Shown: piece by piece, positions 1 to 10,177 of the stretch | Position numbering within the stretch: position 1 is the first letter of the stretch | Layout of the letters: the number at the start of each line of letters is the position of its first letter | Assembly: GCF_000283555.1 (NCBI RefSeq) | Contig: NC_016012.1 | Coordinates: forward strand, 270,001 to 302,000 | Reading direction: 5' to 3' | Source: Candidatus Arthromitus sp. SFB-rat-Yit | GTDB lineage: Bacteria; Bacillota; Clostridia; Clostridiales; Clostridiaceae | Length of the DNA stretch: 32,000 bases | Program-made: the position numbers and the translations under genes | Notes under the pieces: generated by a model | What the model saw: the letters and a program-made list of their open reading frames with translations, nothing else | The model's database searches: none | What the model was told of the DNA's origin: nothing

Positions 1-2315
<2,315 letters not shown>

Positions 2316-2373
2316 AATACTTAGCAAGTTATTATTTATATACAATTTTGAGAGATTAAAATATTTCTCAGTA

Positions 2374-2490
2374 TCTGGTGATTATAACGTGTAGGTAACA
2401 CCCCTATCCATACCGAACAGGAAGGTTAAGCTACACTGTGCTGATGGTACTTTAGGGTTACCCCTATGGAAGAGTAAGTCATTGCCAGTT
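2374..2490 (+). rRNA. rrf: 5S ribosomal RNA
   Basis: 117 nt. It starts TCTGGTGATTATAACG and ends CATTGCCAGTT. The internal CCATACCGAACAGGAAGTTAAGC-like helix IV/loop region is typical of Firmicute 5S. It lies 58 nt after the 23S 3' end. Confidence 0.92.
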
Positions 2491-2496
2491 TGTTTC

Positions 2497-2530
2497 AGAA
2501 GTAAGAGCATCGCTCTTACTTCTTTTTGTT
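2497..2530 (+). terminator. Rho-independent terminator of the rRNA operon
   Basis: Perfect 12-bp stem AGAAGTAAGAGC / GCTCTTACTTCT (2497-2508 / 2512-2523) with a 3-nt loop, followed by a T-run. Confidence 0.9.
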
Positions 2531-2558
2531 TACTTACTATATATTATTTGGAGGAATT

Positions 2559-3212
2559 ATGGATAATTTTTTAGGACAAGGCCTGATATTGTCTTTAGAT
2601 TATTTTTATGATAACATTAACTCTTATATATTGAATAAGTTACTATTGAATATAAATAATTCTTTTACTAATGTAACAGCTATTAAAACTAGTTATTTAA
2701 ATCTTATTTTAGAACTTAAGTATTCTACTGATTTACCTATTATAGGCTGTATTAATAAAGTTTATCCAGATACTATTGTTAATCTTACCCCAACTATTAA
2801 TGATATTTATGAACTTGCAAAAGTAGGAGTGAACATTGTTTATTTAGACGCATCTACTAAAATGAGAGCAAATTCTATGACTATACATGAGTTTTATTAT
2901 AAAATTAAGTTGTTGTTTCCTGAACTCTATTTTATTGGTGTCGTTTATACATTGGAAGATATAAAGAATATATCTTCTTTGAAATTTGATGCTATATGTA
3001 TAAGAGATAATTATTCTATAATTAGTAATGTAACTAATTATGTTAGTAGTGATGTACCACTTATTTTTGATTCTGTTGTTACAGACAATTTACTGATTGA
3101 TGATAAGTATATTGAATTATTTGATTCTGGGATTAATAATATAATTATTAATTCTAAAATTATTACCCCTAAACATCAATTACAAGAATTTATAGAAAAT
3201 GTATTTAATTAG
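2559..3212 (+). CDS. Divergent NanE-like (ManNAc-6-P 2-epimerase fold) protein lacking the canonical catalytic/substrate residues
   Basis: It aligns colinearly and without gaps with the bona fide NanE at 14562-15230 through residue ~67 (TDLPIIGCINKVY vs TDLPVIGIIKRDY; LTPTINDIYEL vs ITPTMKEVNEL; YLDAS vs ALDAT; IITP vs ITRP). I chose the ATG at 2559, which has GGAGG at 2550-2554. The track's TTG at 2526 lies inside the rRNA terminator. Confidence 0.7.
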   Translation: MDNFLGQGLILSLDYFYDNINSYILNKLLLNINNSFTNVTAIKTSYLNLILELKYSTDLPIIGCINKVYPDTIVNLTPTINDIYELAKVGVNIVYLDASTKMRANSMTIHEFYYKIKLLFPELYFIGVVYTLEDIKNISSLKFDAICIRDNYSIISNVTNYVSSDVPLIFDSVVTDNLLIDDKYIELFDSGINNIIINSKIITPKHQLQEFIENVFN

Positions 3213-3223
3213 GAGTGTTTTAT

Positions 3224-4057
3224 ATGAAAATAAAAATATTAGTTAATAGTATTGTAGTTGCATTATTTTTTATTTGTTTTTCTGTTTCAGTTAATGGGGC
3301 AAATATGATAAGTAATTTTATTTATAGTCCAAAAGATATTATGGAAGGTCAAAATACAACAATTGAGGGTGGAAGATATTCTTATGATTCTATGAAAGTA
3401 CAGAAGAATTTATTTAATAAAGAAACGATAAATAATGGTGAAAAAACAATATTTTTAACTTTTGATGATGGACCATCAATAAATAATACACCAAAAGTAT
3501 TAGAGATACTTAAAAATTATGATGTTAAAGCAACTTTTTTTGTACTTGGTGTAAATTTAGATAGAGGGGAAAAATATGCAGATATTTTAAGAAAGATTGT
3601 AAATGATGGACATGCAATAGGAAATCATGGATATAGTCATAATTACTCATATTTATATCCTGACAGAGTTATAAGCTATGAGAATCTTATGGAAGATATG
3701 AATAAATCCCTTAATGTTATGAAAAGTATATTGGGTGAAGATTTTAATACTAGAGTTTTAAGGTTACCAGGTGGACTTAGATCTTGGAAGAAACAAGATG
3801 AAACACTTGCCAAATTAAATGATGAGAATTATTCAGTTATTGAGTGGAATGCTATGAGTGGAGATGCTGAGAATAGGAATATTCAAGATCCTGAGATTTT
3901 AGTTCAAAGAGCTATTAATACTGCAGGTAACTCAAAATGCGTTGTTATGTTAATGCATGATTTTGCATCAAACGCTGGTGAAGTATCGTATAAAGCATTA
4001 CCTAAGATTATCGATTATTTTAAGGAAAATGGGTATCAATTTAGAACTCTCCAATAA
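3224..4057 (+). CDS. Secreted polysaccharide deacetylase (NodB/CE4 family)
   Basis: NodB motifs are present: LTFDDGPS, HGYSH, LRLPGG, MLMHD. The N-terminus is a hydrophobic signal/anchor (KILVNSIVVALFFICFSVSVNG). The ATG at 3224 is preceded by AGGAG at 3211. Confidence 0.85.
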   Translation: MKIKILVNSIVVALFFICFSVSVNGANMISNFIYSPKDIMEGQNTTIEGGRYSYDSMKVQKNLFNKETINNGEKTIFLTFDDGPSINNTPKVLEILKNYDVKATFFVLGVNLDRGEKYADILRKIVNDGHAIGNHGYSHNYSYLYPDRVISYENLMEDMNKSLNVMKSILGEDFNTRVLRLPGGLRSWKKQDETLAKLNDENYSVIEWNAMSGDAENRNIQDPEILVQRAINTAGNSKCVVMLMHDFASNAGEVSYKALPKIIDYFKENGYQFRTLQ

Positions 4058-4060
4058 TAA

Positions 4061-4098
4061 AAAAGTGATAAGATGTTTTGTTCTTATCACTTTTTTTT
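4061..4098 (+). terminator. Rho-independent terminator after the deacetylase gene
   Basis: Stem AAAAGTGATAAG / CTTATCACTTTT, followed by T8 (4091-4098). Confidence 0.85.
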
Positions 4099-4106
4099 GA
4101 TATAAT
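4098..4106 (+). promoter_or_regulatory. Candidate extended -10 promoter element (TGaTATAAT) for the two-component operon
   Basis: TGATATAAT is read at 4098-4106, 35 nt upstream of the ATG at 4141. No good -35 was seen. Confidence 0.35.
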
Positions 4107-4140
4107 TAATTTTATTATATAGTGTCACAGGGGTAAAAAA

Positions 4141-4830
4141 ATGGAAAAGAAAATTTTGTTAGTGGAGAATGAAGTAAGTATTAGACAGTTTTTAAAGATA
4201 AATTTTGATAGAGAAGGGTTTCATGTTATTGAGGCAGATAGAGGAGATACTGCTATTGAGATTGCTTTACTTGAAAAACCACAGGTTGTATTGTTGGATG
4301 TAGGACTTGAGGGAGATATGGATGGGTTTCAAGTATGTTCAAATTTAAGAAAGCATTTTCCAAAGATGGGAATAATTATGTTAACTGCTAGGTCTCAAGA
4401 AATGGAAAGAGTTATGGGACTTGAATTTGGAGCAGATGATTATGTAGTAAAGCCATTTAATCCTTTAGAGGTTATGCTTAGGGTTAAAGCACTTATTCGT
4501 AGAATAGATGAAAAGTTTAATAATGATATGATAATTAATGGACCATTTAAATTAGATTTATATTCTCAAAAAATATATAAGAATGATAAGGAAATTGATG
4601 TAACACCTAAGGAATATATGTTATTTAAGATATTTGTAGAAAATCCAGGGAAAGCATTGAGTCGTGATGAGCTTATGAATATGATATGGGGATACAATTA
4701 TTTTGGAGATTTAAAGATTGTTGATGTTAACATACGTAGACTTAGGTCGAAAATTGAGGATGAGTCCTCAAAACCTAAGTACATAGAAACTGTTTGGGGA
4801 ACAGGTTATCGCTGGAATAATGAAAAGTAA
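4141..4830 (+). CDS. OmpR/PhoB-family response regulator (receiver plus winged-helix domain)
   Basis: Receiver motifs: LLD (phospho-acceptor Asp), IIMLTA, VVKPF. The C-terminal winged helix has LTPKEYMLF...VDVNIRRLRSKIE...IETVWGTGYR. RBS AGGGG. Confidence 0.93.
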   Translation: MEKKILLVENEVSIRQFLKINFDREGFHVIEADRGDTAIEIALLEKPQVVLLDVGLEGDMDGFQVCSNLRKHFPKMGIIMLTARSQEMERVMGLEFGADDYVVKPFNPLEVMLRVKALIRRIDEKFNNDMIINGPFKLDLYSQKIYKNDKEIDVTPKEYMLFKIFVENPGKALSRDELMNMIWGYNYFGDLKIVDVNIRRLRSKIEDESSKPKYIETVWGTGYRWNNEK

Positions 4831-6250
4831 TTTTATAAAAAAGATATTTGTAAGCTCAAGTATAAGATATAGTATTATAAAGAGTTCTATAAGTGTTTTT
4901 TTATTTATAATACTGGTTTTATCATTAAGTATATCTTACTATGTACGTAAAGCATATTACGATACTATAAGTGATAATTTATCTAGTCAAATAATTAAGG
5001 CTGTTGAAAATTATCAGAGTAATTATAAAAATTCATCACTTGAAACAAATATACTTTTAGATTTAGATAATTTTATAAGTTCTACAAGTGCTCAGGTTCA
5101 AGTTATAGATTTAGATGGGCAGGTTTTAATGGATACTATAGGTGTTACATATGATGAACCAATAGATACTTATGATTTTAAAACTGCAATATTTGGAGGG
5201 TTAGGTCAATGGATTGGAAAAGTATCTTATAGTAATTCAAAAGTAATGAGTGTATCCTATCCTATTGAAAATTATGATCAAGTTATTGGAGTACTTAGGT
5301 TTACTGTGTCGCTTGATTATGCAAATAAAAATATTACTAAAATAATATTTACGTTTATTTTAGCTGTTATTATAGCACTTATATTTTATATAATAATAAT
5401 AGGTTTAGTTACGGAAAAAATTATACAACCAATAAAGACTCTTACAAATATTGCAAAAAAGATGGCGGTTGGGGATTTGGGTGTTAGATGTAGGAATTTG
5501 CCTAAAAATGAAGTTGGTGCACTTGGAGATACGCTAAATTATATGGCAGATGAGATATCTAAAAAAGATCAATTAAAGAATGAATTTATATCTACAGTAT
5601 CACATGAACTTAGAACACCTCTTACTTCAATTAAAGGATGGGCAATAACGCTCCAATATGATAAGGTTAATGATCCAGATTTATTAAATGGATTAAAAAT
5701 TATAGAAGGTGAAACTGAAAGACTTTCAAGCATGGTTGAGGAACTTTTAGATTTTTCAAAATTTATATCTCAAAAAGTTACATTAAAATTTGAGAAAATA
5801 TATATAAAAAACATACATGAATACATAATTAATTACATAAAGCCTCGGGAAGATAGGGAAAAATTTAAATTTATAATTGATGATATAGATGAAGATATAG
5901 CATTAATATCATTGAATGTAGATTTTAATAGGATAAAACAAGTTTTAGTTAATGTTTTGGATAACGCCATAAAATTTATAAAGGAAAATGGGGAAATAAC
6001 ATTAAGGTATTTAGTTGATAAGAATAAAAATATTATCTATTTAGAGATAATTGATAATGGAATAGGTATACCTAGTGAAGAGCTTTCAAGAGTTAAGGAA
6101 AAATTCTTTAAGGGTAAGAGTAGTAAATCTAAGAACGGATTGGGTTTATCAATAAGTGATGAAATTATGAAACTTCATGGTGGAGAGCTTTTAATAGATA
6201 GTGTATATGGAGAATGGACTAAGGTAACTTTGGTCTTACCCATGGAATAG
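4820..6250 (+). CDS. Sensor histidine kinase (2 TM, extracytoplasmic domain, HAMP, HisKA, HATPase_c)
   Basis: H-box FISTVSHELRTPLTSIKGW, N-box VLDNAIKF, G1 IIDNGIGI, G2 GLGLSI. There are two hydrophobic segments flanking a ~130-aa loop. The start overlaps the response regulator stop by 11 nt, suggesting translational coupling. Confidence 0.93.
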   Translation: MKSNFIKKIFVSSSIRYSIIKSSISVFLFIILVLSLSISYYVRKAYYDTISDNLSSQIIKAVENYQSNYKNSSLETNILLDLDNFISSTSAQVQVIDLDGQVLMDTIGVTYDEPIDTYDFKTAIFGGLGQWIGKVSYSNSKVMSVSYPIENYDQVIGVLRFTVSLDYANKNITKIIFTFILAVIIALIFYIIIIGLVTEKIIQPIKTLTNIAKKMAVGDLGVRCRNLPKNEVGALGDTLNYMADEISKKDQLKNEFISTVSHELRTPLTSIKGWAITLQYDKVNDPDLLNGLKIIEGETERLSSMVEELLDFSKFISQKVTLKFEKIYIKNIHEYIINYIKPREDREKFKFIIDDIDEDIALISLNVDFNRIKQVLVNVLDNAIKFIKENGEITLRYLVDKNKNIIYLEIIDNGIGIPSEELSRVKEKFFKGKSSKSKNGLGLSISDEIMKLHGGELLIDSVYGEWTKVTLVLPME

Positions 6251-6263
6251 ATAAGGGGATAAT

Positions 6264-7775
6264 ATGAAATTTAGGAAAATTATTAAGTTTAATTTTATAT
6301 TACTTTTCATGTATTTAATGATTAATGTTATGTCATGCTCTACTTTTAATGCGAGTTTAGACAGTTTGCTTGTAGCACCTCGTGTTGATAATATTTTAGT
6401 TAAGGGAACATGGAATCTAGATAATTTTTATTATATGTATAATAAAAACAAGGAAACCACACCTAAAATTCCTTCAGATAGTTATTTGTTTATATCTGAT
6501 AATTATTTAAGAATTAATGATTTATTGTTTGAGTATGATACGTTTAAAGTGAAGACATTTATGCTTAGTGACTACATGAGAGTTAAATTTAAAATAGATG
6601 ATTTTTCATTTTTAAATCTTGAGGATAAGAAGGTAAATATTTTTACAATACAAGATGAAGATAAGAATATGCATGAATTTATAAAGTATGATGATGATAC
6701 GATCTTATTTTATTATGATGATGATATTATGTATTCATTTAAAAGGATTAGTAACAAGATAGATAATGAGATTGAAGGATTTGTTAAGGAGAATTTTAAA
6801 AATAATATAATTATAAATGACAATAAGAATATAGAAGATGTTGGATTTTTAATATCATTTAGATCAGATAGGAAAGTTACGGATTATGCTATTCCTAAAA
6901 ATATGTATGCTAGTGTATGGATATATCAAAAAAATGATGGGACATATGATTATTATATGTTTGATAATATAGTTTTACCTAAGGATGATAAAATACTAAA
7001 TATTAGTGTTGAATCAAGTCAGAAGAATAATTTATATGAAAAAATATTAATTAGTGATTCATCCTCCGATAATTTATTTACTTTGGATGGAACTAATAAT
7101 ATGAATGAGGAATTTATAAATCAATTTATAGATATAACGTATGTAAATGAGAATTATATTGGTATAAACTATGATCAGAATATAGATTATTTAGGGAATA
7201 TTAATATAGATAAATGTGCTATGTTATCTATTGATGATCCGACTATTGAGAGAAGACTTAAATTTTCAGATATATTTCAAAAGAGTGTGAAAATATTTTA
7301 TGATAGTCACTATAAGTTTATAAACTTACTTAAAAAAGGTAGTTTTGAATTTTATGACACGGAACCCAGAGAGGATAGTTTTAGGCTTGAGAGGTATGGA
7401 GGAGATTGGTTTTTAAAAGGAAGAGTTAATACAAAATTACCAAGTGTCACACTTAAACCGCTTGATTTTGATATAGAAATATTACCTAATAAAAAACTTG
7501 TTAGTGAAAATAATATATCTGCAAATCTTGGACAAATAAAATTAAGAAACCCAGAGGCGAGGGATGCATTTATATCACCAAATAAAGATCTTATAGTTAT
7601 TTTGACCTCTACAACTATGGGTGTTTATAAAATTGTTGGAGATAAGATAAGTAATAATGCAATATTAGAGCTTCCAATAGATGCAACTGATAATGTTATA
7701 TTAAGTGAATGGTATACTGGAGATAAGGCAATAGAAGTAAATTCATTACTTGGAGAGTCAAAATTTAGGAGATAA
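6264..7775 (+). CDS. Large predicted lipoprotein of unknown function, co-transcribed with the two-component system
   Basis: The N-terminus MKFRKIIKFNFILLFMYLMINVMSC carries a lipobox-like VMSC. RBS AAGGGGA. The gene starts 13 nt after the kinase stop. I recognise no family motif. Confidence 0.7.
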   Translation: MKFRKIIKFNFILLFMYLMINVMSCSTFNASLDSLLVAPRVDNILVKGTWNLDNFYYMYNKNKETTPKIPSDSYLFISDNYLRINDLLFEYDTFKVKTFMLSDYMRVKFKIDDFSFLNLEDKKVNIFTIQDEDKNMHEFIKYDDDTILFYYDDDIMYSFKRISNKIDNEIEGFVKENFKNNIIINDNKNIEDVGFLISFRSDRKVTDYAIPKNMYASVWIYQKNDGTYDYYMFDNIVLPKDDKILNISVESSQKNNLYEKILISDSSSDNLFTLDGTNNMNEEFINQFIDITYVNENYIGINYDQNIDYLGNINIDKCAMLSIDDPTIERRLKFSDIFQKSVKIFYDSHYKFINLLKKGSFEFYDTEPREDSFRLERYGGDWFLKGRVNTKLPSVTLKPLDFDIEILPNKKLVSENNISANLGQIKLRNPEARDAFISPNKDLIVILTSTTMGVYKIVGDKISNNAILELPIDATDNVILSEWYTGDKAIEVNSLLGESKFRR

Positions 7776-7798
7776 AATAAATATCGGAGTGGTTTTAA

Positions 7799-8377
7799 AT
7801 GATAGAATTAAATTTAAGAGGGAAGAACTGTCCTATTCCATTAGTTGAGATGAGGAAATTCATTAATAATAATAAAAATGTAGATTTTAAGATAATACTT
7901 AATAATGAGGCATCATTTACTAGCATTAAGAAATTTCTTGAAAATAATAAGATAAACTATTCATCTAATAAAACAGGTAGTGATTTTATATTTGAGGTTA
8001 TTTTTGATGGAAATGAGAAATTATCTAAAAATAATTTTCAAATAAATAATTTTACAATACTTGTTATGAGTGAACTTTTTGGAAATGGAGAAAATGATTT
8101 TTCAAAGGCACTTATGAAATCCTATTTCTATGCATTAAGCGAGAGTATAACCCTTCCGAGTAATATCGTATTTATAAATTCGGGAGTTAAACTTCTTATA
8201 GATGAAAATATAATTAGAAATATAGATTTATTAAGAGAAAAGGGAGTAAGTATATATTATTGTGGAACTTGTATAGATTATTATGGAATTAAGGATAAGG
8301 TAAGAACTGAAGAAATAATAAATATGTATTTTATAGTTGATGTATTAAATAATAGTGATAATGTTATTAGAATATAA
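7799..8377 (+). CDS. yedF: YedF-type protein: TusA/SirA-like CPxP domain fused to a DsrE-like domain (sulfurtransferase-like selenium-metabolism protein family)
   Basis: The N-terminus LNLRGKNCPIPLVEMRKFI has the TusA CPxP motif. At ~190 aa, the length and two-domain layout fit YedF. The C-terminal half has FINSGVKL...YCGTCIDYYG. Confidence 0.75.
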   Translation: MIELNLRGKNCPIPLVEMRKFINNNKNVDFKIILNNEASFTSIKKFLENNKINYSSNKTGSDFIFEVIFDGNEKLSKNNFQINNFTILVMSELFGNGENDFSKALMKSYFYALSESITLPSNIVFINSGVKLLIDENIIRNIDLLREKGVSIYYCGTCIDYYGIKDKVRTEEIINMYFIVDVLNNSDNVIRI

Positions 8378-8384
8378 AAAAGTT

Positions 8385-8427
8385 TTAAGCAAGGATATTA
8401 ATTTATCTTTGCTTAAATTGTTTTTTT
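8385..8427. terminator. Bidirectional terminator between convergent yedF and the RusA-like gene
   Basis: Stem TTAAGCAAGGAT / ATCTTTGCTTAA (one G-U pair), with an A-run upstream and T7 downstream. The right arm overlaps the minus-strand stop codon. Confidence 0.7.
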
Positions 8428-9027
8428 AAGACATTTTTTGCATAGAATTAAGTTTGAGTTTGATATTTTTACAAAGTCATTAGTTTTTATTATATTTTCA
8501 CATACATGACAAATTAAGTCATTGTTATTTGATTGTATATCACTTCTTTCTTGAGATATTCTTTTAGATTTAGATTTAGTATATATAACCTTATTTAAAG
8601 GAATAGATCTTTTTTTAATACTTATATCTATATCAAATATATGATTTTCGAAAAGAATTAGCTCAAATCTAGGGTTTTCTCTATCATAAAATTCTTCTAT
8701 AAATAATTTTGTTATTTGAGAATCATTCAGTATTATACCGCTTTTTTCAATTCCATCACAAATACTCTTTGTTATGTTGTTTGTATCTGGATGTTTCTTT
8801 TCATATTTGTAAAAAACTTTAAGAATTGCTGTTAAAGACGTATTAAAAATTAAATTTGGATACTTTTTTTTAATTTCATATGCTATATGTTCCTCATAGA
8901 TTCCGTATCTATCATAATAATTTCCTGTATTATTTGGAAGTATGTATCTTCCATATTTTGAATTTAATTTAAAATTTGATTTAGATATAGGAGTACCTAA
9001 AACTGTTATGCTAACTATATTATCCAT
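8413..9027 (-). CDS. RusA-family Holliday-junction-resolvase-like protein with a C-terminal CxxC...CxxC zinc-ribbon extension
   Basis: The core aligns to E. coli RusA: GTPISKSN...; HPDTNNITKSICDGIEKSGIILNDSQI vs [27 protein letters not shown]. A ~75-aa tail ends CHVCENIIKTNDFVKISNSNLILCKKC. RBS AAGGAG. Confidence 0.65.
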   Translation of the reverse strand: MDNIVSITVLGTPISKSNFKLNSKYGRYILPNNTGNYYDRYGIYEEHIAYEIKKKYPNLIFNTSLTAILKVFYKYEKKHPDTNNITKSICDGIEKSGIILNDSQITKLFIEEFYDRENPRFELILFENHIFDIDISIKKRSIPLNKVIYTKSKSKRISQERSDIQSNNNDLICHVCENIIKTNDFVKISNSNLILCKKCLKKTI

Positions 9028-9155
9028 ATATTCTCCTTTAATAAAAGATTTAGAATAATTAATTTGATAATAAAAAAATTTTTAATTATAATATTAATAT
9101 AGGATATAATAAAAATTGGAAATTTTCAAATTTTATATTTTAGAGAGGGCAACTA

Positions 9156-10160
9156 ATGAAGGATATGCTAGTTTTATCAATAGAAACAAGTTGTGATGAA
9201 ACGTCTATTGCAGTAGTTAAGAATGGAAGAGATATATTGTCAAATAAAATTTTATCTCAGATAGATATACATAATGAATTTGGTGGAGTTGTTCCTGAAA
9301 TTGCATCAAGGAAGCATTTAGAAGTTATAAATATGGTTTTAGATGAAGCTTTAAAAGAGGCAAATATAAAATTAGATGATATAGATTTAATAGCTTCTAC
9401 ATATGGACCTGGACTTGTAGGGGCGTTATTAGTTGGACTTCAATATGCAAAAGGATTGAGTTATGCTTTAAATAAGGATTTTATTGGAGTAAATCATATA
9501 GAAGGTCATATAAGTTCTTGTTATTTGGAGCATAAGGAGTTAGAGCCTCCTTTTATGAGTTTAGTTGTATCTGGAGGACACACCATGATATTAAATGTAA
9601 AAGATTATGGAGTTTATGAAAAAATAGCTGAAACTCGTGATGATGCAATTGGGGAGGTTTTTGATAAAGTTGCAAGAAAACTTGGATTATCTTATCCAGG
9701 AGGTCCTAACATAGAGAGGCTTGCAAAACTTGGAGATGAGGATGCAATTAAATTTCCTCAAAGTAGATTTGAAGATGATACTTTGGATTTTTCATATAGT
9801 GGGATTAAATCTTCAGTACTTAATTATATAAATCAGTGTAATTCAAAGGGTATTTATATAAATAAGGAAGATGTATGTGCTTCTTTTCAAAAGACTTCTA
9901 TTGATATGTTGATTAAAAATGTTGAAAAAGCTTTTGATAAATATGGTGGGAAAAAACTTTGTATTGTTGGGGGGGTTTCTTCTAATAATTATTTAAGGAA
10001 TAAATTTTTAAGTTATTTTAAGGATATTGAGATATACTATCCAAGTAAAGAGTTATGTACAGATAATGGGGCAATGATTGCATCTGCTGCTTATTACTCA
10101 TTTTTAAGGAATGGAAGAAGTGAATATACTCTTAATGCATCATCTAATTTAAAATTTTAG
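9156..10160 (+). CDS. tsaD: tRNA N6-adenosine threonylcarbamoyltransferase TsaD
   Basis: [54 protein letters not shown]. This is a full-length Kae1/TsaD signature. Confidence 0.96.
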   Translation: MKDMLVLSIETSCDETSIAVVKNGRDILSNKILSQIDIHNEFGGVVPEIASRKHLEVINMVLDEALKEANIKLDDIDLIASTYGPGLVGALLVGLQYAKGLSYALNKDFIGVNHIEGHISSCYLEHKELEPPFMSLVVSGGHTMILNVKDYGVYEKIAETRDDAIGEVFDKVARKLGLSYPGGPNIERLAKLGDEDAIKFPQSRFEDDTLDFSYSGIKSSVLNYINQCNSKGIYINKEDVCASFQKTSIDMLIKNVEKAFDKYGGKKLCIVGGVSSNNYLRNKFLSYFKDIEIYYPSKELCTDNGAMIASAAYYSFLRNGRSEYTLNASSNLKF

Positions 10161-10177
10161 AGATAAGGTAATAAAGT

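Noticed and set aside
2526-2558. The track's TTG start extends the NanE-like ORF by 11 residues (MFTYYILFGGI).
   Set aside because: The extension begins inside the T-tract of the rRNA terminator and has no RBS. The ATG at 2559 has GGAGG upstream and restores residue-for-residue register with NanE.
8378-9155. The RusA-like gene might mark a prophage or mobile element.
   Set aside because: There is no integrase, other phage genes, att-like direct repeats, tRNA or compositional shift in the flanks. The neighbours are yedF and tsaD. It is therefore treated as an orphan chromosomal gene.
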